From Patescibacteria group bacterium (GTDB taxonomy: Bacteria > Patescibacteriota > UBA1384 > UBA12157 > JAENIV01), in the NCBI GenBank assembly GCA_041666185.1, contig JBAYHL010000003.1:935-64934 (forward strand): 64,000 nucleotides of DNA, in the 5' to 3' direction. Below, piece after piece: positions 1 to 9,276 of this stretch. Under the pieces are notes generated by a model that was given only the letters and a program-made list of their open reading frames with translations, did no database searches and was not told where the DNA came from. The stretch's first letter is position 1. Every line of letters starts with the position of its first letter. Made by a program: the position numbers and the translations under genes.

Positions 1-1170
1 GACGAAATTAGACCTATAAGTATCGAAACTGGTCTTTTGCCACGAACTCATGGTTCTGGTCTTTTTTCACGTGGTCAAACTCAGGTTTTATCAATTGTAA
101 CTTTAGGGCCACCTTCAGAAGAACAAATTATTGAAACAATGGAAGAAGAAGGCACAAAGCGTTATATGCATCACTATAACTTCCCGCCATTTTCGACTGG
201 TGAAGTTAGGCCAATGAGATCGGTTTCAAGAAGAGAAATTGGTCACGGTGCTTTAGCTGAACGGGCTTTAATTCCAGTTTTGCCATCAAGAGAAGATTTT
301 CCTTATACGATCCGAGTAGTTTCGGAAGTTCTTTCTTCGAATGGTTCTAGCTCAATGGCTTCAACTTGCGGTTCAACTTTGGCCTTAATGGACGCTGGTG
401 TACCAATTAAATCACCGGTAGCTGGTATTGCCATGGGGTTAATGACTTCGGAAGATGGTAAAAATCATAAAATTTTAACTGATATTGCTGGGATTGAAGA
501 TTTTGCTGGTGATATGGATTTCAAAATTACAGCAACCAAAAAAGGTATTACAGCCATTCAGCTTGATACTAAACTTAAAGGTATAAAAGCGGAAATTTTA
601 GAAGAAGCCTTGGTTAGGGCACGCAAAGCCAATGATGAAATTTTGGCTAAAATTACTAAAGTAATTGAAGCGCCTCGTAAAGAACTTTCGTTATATGCTC
701 CACGAATTAAATCAATTACAATTTCTCAAGATAAAATTGGGGAAATTATTGGGCCGGGTGGTAAAACAATTCGTAAAATTATTGAAGAATGTGGCGGTAA
801 AGAAGTTACTTCGATTGACATTGATGATAATGGCACTGTCACAGTTGCCTCAACTGATGCTAAGATGGGAGAGAAGGCAATGGCTTGGGTTGAAGGTGCT
901 ACCAGAGAAGCGAAAGTTGGCGAAGTGTTCGAAGCTCCTGTGACAAATATTGTTAAGGATCGAAACTCGGGTAAAGAAATTGGTGCTATTGTTCAAATTT
1001 TGCCTAATCAGGACGGATTGGTCCACATCTCTCAGATCTCGAACGAACATGTTAATAAAATCGAAGATGTTTTAAAAATTGGTCAAACTGTCAAAGTGAA
1101 AGTCATGGAAGTTGACAGAGAACGTGGTAGAGTAAGTCTTTCGATTAAAGCAGCAAACGATCAAAATTAG
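1..1170 (+). CDS. pnp: Polyribonucleotide nucleotidyltransferase (PNPase), 5'-truncated by the window edge
   Basis: Frame is open from base 1 ([19 protein letters not shown]). Second RNase PH domain motifs [23 protein letters not shown] and GDMDFK, then KH ([10 protein letters not shown]) and S1 (DGLVHISQI) domains. Confidence 0.98.
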   Translation, partial: DEIRPISIETGLLPRTHGSGLFSRGQTQVLSIVTLGPPSEEQIIETMEEEGTKRYMHHYNFPPFSTGEVRPMRSVSRREIGHGALAERALIPVLPSREDFPYTIRVVSEVLSSNGSSSMASTCGSTLALMDAGVPIKSPVAGIAMGLMTSEDGKNHKILTDIAGIEDFAGDMDFKITATKKGITAIQLDTKLKGIKAEILEEALVRARKANDEILAKITKVIEAPRKELSLYAPRIKSITISQDKIGEIIGPGGKTIRKIIEECGGKEVTSIDIDDNGTVTVASTDAKMGEKAMAWVEGATREAKVGEVFEAPVTNIVKDRNSGKEIGAIVQILPNQDGLVHISQISNEHVNKIEDVLKIGQTVKVKVMEVDRERGRVSLSIKAANDQN

Positions 1171-1204
1171 TCTTCGGCGTTTTTAAAATTTCTCTTGGAG
1201 GGGT

Positions 1205-4200
1205 ATGGATTTTAGTTTTTTTAAACTGCCAAGAAAAAAACAGCGGAAAACAAATGCGGAAAACGATTTTTTGTTACCTAAAGATAAAGAAAAAATCGAA
1301 AAGCTAACTAGGACTAAAACAAAATATTTTAAAAATATTAAAAAAATTAATTATCAAATTGATCTTGTTCGTGACTCAACTAAAACATTATTACCAAAAT
1401 TTGCTGGTCTTCACCATGGTTTACGTAAGAAATATTATTGGTATTATAATTGGCACACCAGACCTTATACTAAAAGCATCCATTGGTTAGTTTTGTTACT
1501 CTATATTATTTCTTTGCCTTTGGTTTATTTTTATTTGTCACCTTATACTGATAAAACCAAAGCCACTACTTACGATTTTCCCAGGTGGGAATGGGTAAAT
1601 CCAACGCCGACAGGTGATGATTTAGAAAACGTTATTGCTTGTCCGGACAATCAGACACTTTGGGCGTCTGGTGTAGGTGGGACAACTATTAGATCTACTG
1701 ATGCAGGGGTTAATTGGGAAACTGTTTACAGCACCGCTCAATCAAATTTAAGCATGGTCTGTCTTGACGCTAGTAACGCCTTTGCTGTTGGTGCTCAAGG
1801 TTTAATCATGCAATACAATGGTATTTCTTGGTCAAGTCGTACTAGTGGCACAATCTACGATCTCTCAAAAATTATTTCGCTTGGAAATAATAATCTTATA
1901 GTTATCGGTGCTCATGGAACTATTTTAAAATCAACCGATGGTGGCATAACTTGGAGCGCTAAGGACAGCAAAACAACAGATCCTTTGGGTGATATTTCTT
2001 ATTATAATTCAACCATGATTGTCGGTGGGGAGATGTCTGGTAATATATCTATTTCTCATGACGGGGGTGAAACGTGGACTCTAAATAGCAGTAGCTTCTT
2101 TTTGACAACAAAAGTTTTTGCTTTAAGTGATACGAATTTTTTGGTTTATAATGGTTCAATGTCAATTTCGACTGATGCAGGAGAAACTTGGGATACCAAA
2201 GCTGATTCCGGTGGTATTAACGTCGCCAATATTAGTCAAAATAATTTTGTGACGGCAAATGGTTTAAATGGGTTTGGTGTTTCTCATGATAATGGAAATA
2301 CTTGGAGTATTAAGGCGTGTGATGATCCTGCGAGCTGCCAGTATCTAAGTACGGTTTCTGGCACAGGAGATAATGTTATTGCTACTGGTAGTTATGGTGA
2401 GGTTTATGTTTCTCATAATAGTGGAGACACTTGGGTTAACGAAAGTATTGCTGTTCAGTCTACTTTTTATCCTCCTCTATTTCTTACCGCTAGCAGTGTT
2501 GTTATGGTAGGCGACAATGGGAAAATCTATACCTCTTCCGACGCGGGAGACAACTGGACGGAAATAAATACAGGTTCAATTACCAGTATTTATGGTATGA
2601 CTACTTTTGGGACCAATGATGTTGTTGCTGTGGGTTTGTCTGGTTATCTTGGTGTATCTCACGACAAAGGAGAAGCTTGGACAGTAGAAACTGATGGGAC
2701 AACCAATGGTTTTAGAGCTGTTGCCGCTTGTGGAACTAGTGTTGTCGCTGTGGGCATAAATAATAGCGATGGATGGTCTGCGGCGGTGGCTTACTCGTCA
2801 GATTCTGGGAATACATGGCATTCTGGGACATTTGATTCAGTAAGAAATCTTTTAGGTGTAACTTGTTTTGATGCTAATAATTTTATTGCTGTTGGAGATT
2901 CAGGAGCGATAGCGGTTTCTTCCAATGGTGGCAGCACTTGGACTGCTAAAACTAGTGGCACTGTTCAAACTCTTAAAAAAGTAATAGCTTTTAACACTAC
3001 TTATCTTGTGGCTATTGGCAATAACGGGATGATTGCTAATTCAGTTGATAGTGGTCAAACATGGACACCACAGACCAAGGGTGCTCAAAGTTTTAATGAC
3101 GTTAAAAATTTTGATAACGATTATGCAGTGGCGGTTGGAAATTCTGGCACAATTTATAATAGCTACGACGGAGGAATTAGCTGGTGGGCTACCGGTAAAA
3201 GTGCTGGGACAACATCGCATTTATTGAGTATTACTGTTTTTGATTCATCTCATGGGGTTGTAGTTGGTGGGCCGACAAGCTATTACACTGTCGAGAGGGG
3301 GGAATATTGGTTTAAAAATGCAGATCTAAGTGGTGTTAACCTAACTAGTGTTCATGCATTAGACTCAAGTAATGCTATAGCTGTTGGTAGAAGTGGGGTA
3401 ATTTACACAACGACTAATTATGGTGTGTCTTGGATACAGCAAGCCGTTAATGCTAAAAAAGATTTTAATTATGTTACTAGTTTCGATCCCCTTAATATTT
3501 TTGCTTACAGTTTTAGCATTAGCGGTAGTGGAATAATAAGATACCATAGTCCCGCCAATGCGACGGCAACCAAACTTTTAGTTAAGCTTCCGGGACAATC
3601 TTTTGTTGATGGAGTAGGGGTAAGTGGAACACCAGATGCCGTTCAGGCTGGTGACACAGTTACAGCAACTATTTACGCGGTTGATGATAATAATAATTTA
3701 GATAAAGGTAATGCTTCTTATGCTGGTTTTACCACCACTGATCCGGGGGATACTAATCCTGGAACAATTCAACTCACTCAAGGAGGCACCTGTGTTCAAA
3801 CTGATCGCCAGCCAGGAGATCCCGAATGTGGTATTGGTACGGCAAACTTCATCTTTCACACTGCTGGTGCTTGGACTGTTAGCGCTAATGATGTTTACAG
3901 CATTCTTTCTTCTGGAACTTCCTCGAGTATTACTGTTGATCCGGGTGATCCGGCAAAATTATATCTTTCAAGCCTTCCGGCAACTCTAGATATGGGCTCT
4001 GCTTCAAGTGCGGTTACGGTTGGTATCACAGATGTTTATGGTAACGACACGACTGTTAGTAGCAGTAAAACTATTCGTCTTTCAACTACCTCTTCTGACG
4101 GTCGATTTTCTGCTAGCTCTAATGGTCCTTGGACCAGAAGTCAGCTTGACGTTAATATTTTAAGTGGTTATGGAACGACAACTTTTTATTATTTGGATTT

Positions 4201-6028
4201 TCATACCGGTTCGTCGGTTGTAACAGCATCAGAGACACCTGACATTGGTTGGACTGATACTAGCGGGACGATTACTATTAATTCTGGTGCGCTTTCTTTG
4301 TCATCTTTAGGTGTATCAAGTAATTCCTTGACTGCTTGCGGGGGAACGCTGACAGTTACAGCAATTTTAAAAAATAGCGAGGGTCTTGCTCTGGCTAGCA
4401 GAACCGTTCAGCTTCAATCGTCTAGAAACACAAACGATACTACCTATGATACAATTTCTTCTTCTGTTATCACGGATTCTTCTGGTGTAGCTAGCTTTAC
4501 GGTTGATTCAAGCAATCCTGGTGATTTTACCCTTACAGCTTACGATCAAACAGATGATCTGTATATTCCTCAAAGCCAGGATATTAGTGTAGCGAGTAGT
4601 AGTTTGGGAAGGATTAGTCTTGTAAGCAGTTTAAGTACTGTTAGTGTTGGTTCGCCTTTTGAACTTACCACTACCATGTACAACACTTGTGACAGTGTAT
4701 TTTCTGATTATACGGGGGAAATTATTTTTTCTTCGTCAGATGACGGTGCTAAATTTAACGAAAAAAATTATACTCTTTCGACCGGAGAGGGTGGTAAATA
4801 TACCCAATCAGTTATTTTAGAAAAAGAAGGTGAGCAAACTATTAGTGTTTTAGCCGGCAGCATGACAGCAACAACTTATGTGACCGTTGTACCTGTAAAT
4901 GTTACAACAACTGTTTCAACGCCAACGGCCGTTCCTTCAGCAATTGTTACAACTCCATCGCCAATTTATACCGAACCAGCAAAATCCCTTATCGAGACTT
5001 TTCAGGAATCACCAACTTTGCAAAAAATTTCTAAAGTCTTAACGCCGGTAACGGCAACGGTGGCTACTTTGGGGCTTTTCCCCTTGTTAGTTCAAGCTTT
5101 CCCGCAAGGTTTTCAGGCATTAGCTTCATTATTTCCAGCAATTTTTACCGCGGCGGCTGTTAGGCGTCGTCGCAAACCATGGGGAATTGTTTACGATTCG
5201 TTAACTGGTAAACCAGTTGATTTGGCGATTATTAGAGCCTTTGATGTAAAAACCAAGCGACTTGTTGCCACTAAAGTCACTAATGAAAATGGTCGTTTCC
5301 ATTTTCTTCTTTCCAAAGGCAACTATTATGTAACTGTTACCAAAGCTGGTTATACTTTCCCGCCTAAAATTTCTAAATTTAAAGCCAGTCAACTTGCGAC
5401 TAGGTTTGGTCCACAAGGCGATATTTATTTTGGCCAATCATTTGTTATTGAAAGTGATGATACTAATATTAATTTAAGCATTGGCCTTGAACCTAAAATA
5501 TCAACTTTATCATTTAAGCTTAAATTAGCTATTTGGTTAAAAAATGGTACAGATTGGTTTTTAATTGCTCTTTCTTATTTCGCTGTTCCTTTAATGATTA
5601 TAGGAGCAATTTTAACCAGTTTGACAGTGGTTGTTATTCAATCGAAATTCAATTTATATTTATCTGGATTTTATGCGATTCTTTTGATCGCGTATCTTGT
5701 TAGCAGTCGAATTCGGGCTACGAGATTAGGTCTTATTTTCGATTCTAGAACTCGAGAACCGATTGCCGGAGCAACAGTTCTAATTATTGATAAAGAATAC
5801 GATGTTATTAGAGAAATTAAGACCACTGATCAGTCTGGTCATTTTGCAATTTTAGCCCAACGTGGCCAATATCGTTTAACTGCCTATGCCTCTGGTTATA
5901 AATTTCCAGCCAAGGAGTTCAAGCTTCAAAAAAGTGATAAACGCTTGGGAACTATTTATTTTGGCCAAACAGTTAATAATAAGAAAGCAGGCTTTGTTAA
6001 TGTTGGTATACCTCTTGATAGATTTTAA
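1205..6028 (+). CDS. Large surface protein (1607 aa): extended N-terminal leader + TM, BNR/Asp-box (YCF48-like) beta-propeller repeats, Ig-like domains, C-terminal TMs with two carboxypeptidase-regulatory-like beta-sandwiches
   Basis: Many SxDxGxTW Asp-box repeats (STDAGVNW, STDGGITW, SHDGGETW, SSDAGDNW). Big_1-like segments (VITDSSGVASFTV). S/T/P linker, hydrophobic helices, and WGIVYDSLTGKPV / GLIFDSRTREPI domains. Confidence 0.85.
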   Translation: MDFSFFKLPRKKQRKTNAENDFLLPKDKEKIEKLTRTKTKYFKNIKKINYQIDLVRDSTKTLLPKFAGLHHGLRKKYYWYYNWHTRPYTKSIHWLVLLLYIISLPLVYFYLSPYTDKTKATTYDFPRWEWVNPTPTGDDLENVIACPDNQTLWASGVGGTTIRSTDAGVNWETVYSTAQSNLSMVCLDASNAFAVGAQGLIMQYNGISWSSRTSGTIYDLSKIISLGNNNLIVIGAHGTILKSTDGGITWSAKDSKTTDPLGDISYYNSTMIVGGEMSGNISISHDGGETWTLNSSSFFLTTKVFALSDTNFLVYNGSMSISTDAGETWDTKADSGGINVANISQNNFVTANGLNGFGVSHDNGNTWSIKACDDPASCQYLSTVSGTGDNVIATGSYGEVYVSHNSGDTWVNESIAVQSTFYPPLFLTASSVVMVGDNGKIYTSSDAGDNWTEINTGSITSIYGMTTFGTNDVVAVGLSGYLGVSHDKGEAWTVETDGTTNGFRAVAACGTSVVAVGINNSDGWSAAVAYSSDSGNTWHSGTFDSVRNLLGVTCFDANNFIAVGDSGAIAVSSNGGSTWTAKTSGTVQTLKKVIAFNTTYLVAIGNNGMIANSVDSGQTWTPQTKGAQSFNDVKNFDNDYAVAVGNSGTIYNSYDGGISWWATGKSAGTTSHLLSITVFDSSHGVVVGGPTSYYTVERGEYWFKNADLSGVNLTSVHALDSSNAIAVGRSGVIYTTTNYGVSWIQQAVNAKKDFNYVTSFDPLNIFAYSFSISGSGIIRYHSPANATATKLLVKLPGQSFVDGVGVSGTPDAVQAGDTVTATIYAVDDNNNLDKGNASYAGFTTTDPGDTNPGTIQLTQGGTCVQTDRQPGDPECGIGTANFIFHTAGAWTVSANDVYSILSSGTSSSITVDPGDPAKLYLSSLPATLDMGSASSAVTVGITDVYGNDTTVSSSKTIRLSTTSSDGRFSASSNGPWTRSQLDVNILSGYGTTTFYYLDFHTGSSVVTASETPDIGWTDTSGTITINSGALSLSSLGVSSNSLTACGGTLTVTAILKNSEGLALASRTVQLQSSRNTNDTTYDTISSSVITDSSGVASFTVDSSNPGDFTLTAYDQTDDLYIPQSQDISVASSSLGRISLVSSLSTVSVGSPFELTTTMYNTCDSVFSDYTGEIIFSSSDDGAKFNEKNYTLSTGEGGKYTQSVILEKEGEQTISVLAGSMTATTYVTVVPVNVTTTVSTPTAVPSAIVTTPSPIYTEPAKSLIETFQESPTLQKISKVLTPVTATVATLGLFPLLVQAFPQGFQALASLFPAIFTAAAVRRRRKPWGIVYDSLTGKPVDLAIIRAFDVKTKRLVATKVTNENGRFHFLLSKGNYYVTVTKAGYTFPPKISKFKASQLATRFGPQGDIYFGQSFVIESDDTNINLSIGLEPKISTLSFKLKLAIWLKNGTDWFLIALSYFAVPLMIIGAILTSLTVVVIQSKFNLYLSGFYAILLIAYLVSSRIRATRLGLIFDSRTREPIAGATVLIIDKEYDVIREIKTTDQSGHFAILAQRGQYRLTAYASGYKFPAKEFKLQKSDKRLGTIYFGQTVNNKKAGFVNVGIPLDRF

Positions 6029-6038
6029 TCGCGAGTAT

Positions 6039-6067
6039 TTGACAAATTTATATATTTGTGTTACCAT
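6039..6067 (+). promoter_or_regulatory. Sigma70-type promoter for udg-rnj
   Basis: TTGACA-17 bp-TACCAT. Confidence 0.6.
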
Positions 6068-6120
6068 GTAATTAACATCAAAAAAAAGACCTCTTTAAAT
6101 TAAAGGAATTTTTGACTTAA

Positions 6121-6681
6121 ATGAGCTTAGATGAAATTGCGAGCGAAGTTCGCAAATGTACTAAATGTGCCCTTTCTAAGAATAGAAAAAATGCTGTCCC
6201 AGGTGAAGGAAATCCTAAGACAGAGATTCTTTTTATTGGTGAAGGTCCTGGTCAAAACGAAGATATTCAAGGCAAGCCTTTTGTTGGTGAAGCGGGTAAA
6301 TTTTTAGAAGAAATGCTTTCTTTAATTAACCTTAAAAGGGAAGATATTTTCATTGCTAATGTTGTTAAATGTCGACCACCAAACAATAGAGATCCTTTAG
6401 AAGAAGAAGTTGATGTTTGTACACGTAGCTATTTATATGCCCAAATTAAAGAAATTAAACCTAAATTAATAGTTACTTTAGGTCGTCATTCGATGAGGGT
6501 CTTTTTCCCTCAAATTAAGGCGATTTCCTCGGTTCATGGCAAAGCTTACAAAAAAGCTGGTCAGGTTTACTTAATTTTGTACCATCCAGCGGCAGCTTTG
6601 TATCAACGAAGCTTAAAAGAACAAATGAAAGAAGATTTTCTTCAGATCCCCGAAATACTTAAAAAGATAAACAATAACTAA
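6121..6681 (+). CDS. Uracil-DNA glycosylase, family 4 (4Fe-4S)
   Basis: CTKC..L, GEGPG, GKPFVG, KCRPPNNRDP and YHPAAAL motifs. Confidence 0.95.
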   Translation: MSLDEIASEVRKCTKCALSKNRKNAVPGEGNPKTEILFIGEGPGQNEDIQGKPFVGEAGKFLEEMLSLINLKREDIFIANVVKCRPPNNRDPLEEEVDVCTRSYLYAQIKEIKPKLIVTLGRHSMRVFFPQIKAISSVHGKAYKKAGQVYLILYHPAAALYQRSLKEQMKEDFLQIPEILKKINNN

Positions 6682-6730
6682 CAACTTACAATTTATAACT
6701 TTATAGTTGTTAGTTGGTAATTGTTAGTTA
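6675..6730. repeat. Heptamer-periodic inverted repeat element (copy 1)
   Basis: taactaa caactta caattta taacttt followed by atagttg ttagttg gtaattg ttagtta. Confidence 0.75.
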
Positions 6731-6745
6731 GGAGTTAACAAACAT

Positions 6746-8464
6746 ATGAACATTACTACTTTACCCAGTAACGGGTTACAAACAAAACCACAGAAAGTTT
6801 TTCCAGCTTTTACCCCACGCTTGAGGATCATTCCTTTAGGTGGTAACGGTGAAATTGGCAAAAATATGATGATTTACGAATATGGCGATGATATTATTAT
6901 TGTCGACTGCGGAATCATGTTTCCTCGTGGTGAAATGCTTGGGATTGATTTTATTATTCCCAATATTTCTTATTTAGAAGAACGTAAAGACAAAATCAGA
7001 GGAATTGTTTTTACTCATGGTCACGAAGACCATATTGGCGCTATTCCTTTTATTTGGCCAAAACTTCAAGCACCAATTTTTGCGACTAAGCTAACAGCTG
7101 GTTTTATTGAAGCGAAAATGACCGAAGCTGGTCAGTCGCCTAATATTCGTTTAGTCAAAGCTGGTGACAAGATTCAACTAGGAGTTTTTAAAATTGAATT
7201 TATTCCATTCTCACACACCTTTTTAGATGATGTTGGTTTGGCTATTGATACTCCGGAAGGGCTAGTGATTCACATTGCCGACTTTAAGTTAGATCAAGAA
7301 AAGTTAGAATCGAAAAAAGTTATTGAAAAATTGGCTCAACTTGGTTCCCAAGGTGTAAAATGTTTGATGCTAGAGTCCACTAATGTGGAATACAAAGGTA
7401 CACCTGTTTCGGAAAATATTATTCATGATACAATTTCATCGATTTTTAAACGGGCTAAAGGCCGATTGATTGTAACTTCTTTTGCTTCTTCATTAGATCG
7501 TATTCAAGGAGTTCTAAATTCAGCCGCGCGAGTTCATAAGAAAGTTGCGATTGCCGGTCGTTCGATGGAAAAAGCCATCAATATTGCTACAAATTTAGGA
7601 TATTTGAAATTACCCCAAGGTGTGATAATCGATTTAAGAAGAATCGAACATATTCCTGATAATGAATTAATTATTTTGTGCACCGGTTCTCAGGGAGAAG
7701 AATATTCTGCTTTAGTTCGAATGGCCAGTGGTGAACACCGCCAAGTCAAAATTAAAAAAGGCGACACGGTGGTTATTTCAGCTTCAGCTATTCCTGGTAA
7801 CGAACGAACTATTTCCGATACAGTAAATAATTTATTTAAAGAAGGAGCAGATGTTTTTTATGGGGGTGAAGCTCAAAGAATTCACTCTTCAGGACATGCT
7901 AAGCGCGATGAATTACAATTGGTTATTGAAACTGTTAAACCAGAATACTTTATTCCAATTCATGGTGAATATCGTCATTTAGTTTTGCATACCAGGTTGG
8001 CGGAATCTTTAACTGTTAAAGAAGGTAACGCTATTGTTTTAGAAGACGGTCAAATTTTTGAAATTCAAAATGGAACCGGACGTATTGCCAAAGAAAAAAC
8101 CGATGCCTCATATGTCTTAGTTGATGGTTTGGGTGTTGGTGATGTAGGTAATATTGTCCTTCGTGATCGTCAAGCAATGGCCAAGGACGGCATTTTTGTC
8201 GTTATCCTTACCATTGATCACGAAAACGGTAAAATCGTTACCTCGCCTGATATAATTTCTCGTGGTTTTATTTACATGCGTGAACGAGAAGATTTAGTTT
8301 ATAAAGCTCGTCAGGAAGTAAGACGAATGTTTTCTCGTCATAACGAAAAATATCCAGCTAACTGGGATTTCATTAAAAAAGCCATTCGTCAGGAAATGGG
8401 TGAATTTCTTTTTAAAGAAACTCAACGCCGTCCAATGATTATCCCGGTCATTATCGAGGTTTAA
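6746..8464 (+). CDS. rnj: Ribonuclease J
   Basis: PLGGNGEIGKNM, THGHEDHIGA, HSSGHA and PIHGEYRH motifs; ends RRPMIIPVIIEV. Confidence 0.97.
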   Translation: MNITTLPSNGLQTKPQKVFPAFTPRLRIIPLGGNGEIGKNMMIYEYGDDIIIVDCGIMFPRGEMLGIDFIIPNISYLEERKDKIRGIVFTHGHEDHIGAIPFIWPKLQAPIFATKLTAGFIEAKMTEAGQSPNIRLVKAGDKIQLGVFKIEFIPFSHTFLDDVGLAIDTPEGLVIHIADFKLDQEKLESKKVIEKLAQLGSQGVKCLMLESTNVEYKGTPVSENIIHDTISSIFKRAKGRLIVTSFASSLDRIQGVLNSAARVHKKVAIAGRSMEKAINIATNLGYLKLPQGVIIDLRRIEHIPDNELIILCTGSQGEEYSALVRMASGEHRQVKIKKGDTVVISASAIPGNERTISDTVNNLFKEGADVFYGGEAQRIHSSGHAKRDELQLVIETVKPEYFIPIHGEYRHLVLHTRLAESLTVKEGNAIVLEDGQIFEIQNGTGRIAKEKTDASYVLVDGLGVGDVGNIVLRDRQAMAKDGIFVVILTIDHENGKIVTSPDIISRGFIYMREREDLVYKARQEVRRMFSRHNEKYPANWDFIKKAIRQEMGEFLFKETQRRPMIIPVIIEV

Positions 8465-8480
8465 GATTAACTTATCGTTA

Positions 8481-8515
8481 TACTAAAAAAGCCCCATTAC
8501 GGGGCTTTTTTAGTA
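8481..8515. terminator. Bidirectional intrinsic terminator
   Basis: tactaaaaaagcccc-attac-ggggcttttttagta perfect inverted repeat with T/A tracts on both sides. Confidence 0.9.
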
Positions 8516-8730
8516 TCAAAAAAGCGCAATCGGAAGTCGGCCCAAATTTACTTTAAATTATTGACCGTTCGTTGCGCTTTTTCTGTTAAAGACTTGAGTT
8601 CTTTCCTACCGTCCTGGCTGACCGGGAAAGTAAGAAAAAAGTCTTTTGTCGCCCTAGGCGGATAATCCCTCTCCTTGTAAAGTGCTTGGACAACCAGCGA
8701 TTGCGAGTTATCCACAATTTGTTAAGGGAT
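8481..8730 (-). ncRNA. Candidate structured non-coding RNA (alternatively a 55-codon GTG-start ORF)
   Basis: Lies between a minus-strand TTGACA-17-TATGAT promoter and the terminator, with four consecutive stem-loops visible by eye. No family recognised. Confidence 0.45.
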
Positions 8731-8736
8731 TGTATT

Positions 8737-8765
8737 ATCATAATACATATAAAATCATTTGTCAA
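8737..8765 (-). promoter_or_regulatory. Sigma70-type promoter, minus strand
   Basis: Reverse strand reads TTGACA aatgattttatatgtat TATGAT (17 bp spacer). Confidence 0.75.
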
Positions 8766-8904
8766 GTGTTTAACCTTATTGGCATGTTTTTTGAATAAAT
8801 TTTTGTTAGTAAATTGTTACTTTGTCTTGACTTTTATGAAATTTTAGTATAAACTTATAAATTGTCTGTATGCTTTCAAAGAAGAGCTTAAGGAGGTCAG
8901 AAGG

Positions 8905-9117
8905 TTGCCAGAATTAACAAGGACAGAGAAAAAAGTACTAAAATATGCTGTAAAAGGAGTGAGTAGTAAAGAAATAGCTGATGCGATGTATGTGAGTAAG
9001 AGGACGGTTGATTTTCATTTTAGTAATATTTACCAAAAACTCAAGGTAAGGAATCGCGCAGGTGCTTTAGGTAAGGCGTTTACACTCGGGATTATCTCAG
9101 TGACAACCAATTCGTAA
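8905..9117 (+). CDS. Stand-alone LuxR/GerE-type HTH regulator (70 aa)
   Basis: LTRTEKKVL..GVSSKEIADAMYVSKRTVDFHFSNIYQKLKVRNR. AAGGAGG RBS before a TTG start; TTGACT-17-TAAACT promoter at 8827-8855. Confidence 0.9.
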   Translation: MPELTRTEKKVLKYAVKGVSSKEIADAMYVSKRTVDFHFSNIYQKLKVRNRAGALGKAFTLGIISVTTNS

Positions 9118-9139
9118 AGTTACAGATAAAAATCTTGAT

Positions 9140-9177
9140 TCCCGCCCTTTTTATTATGAGGGGCGGGATATTTTTTT
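9140..9177 (+). terminator. Intrinsic terminator after the LuxR gene
   Basis: tcccgccc...gggcggga stem followed by a T tract. Confidence 0.75.
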
Positions 9178-9276
9178 ATGTTGGCATTGACTTAAGCATA
9201 AATTTGTGATACAATAGTTTAATATCTCAAGAAAGATAATAAATCTTAAAAGAAAAACAAAAACAAAGGAGAGGGT

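Noticed and set aside
8708-8716. Perfect DnaA box TTATCCACA as a sign of oriC
   Set aside because: Only one box was noticed, with no cluster and no dnaA/dnaN nearby. It overlaps a stem of the candidate RNA.
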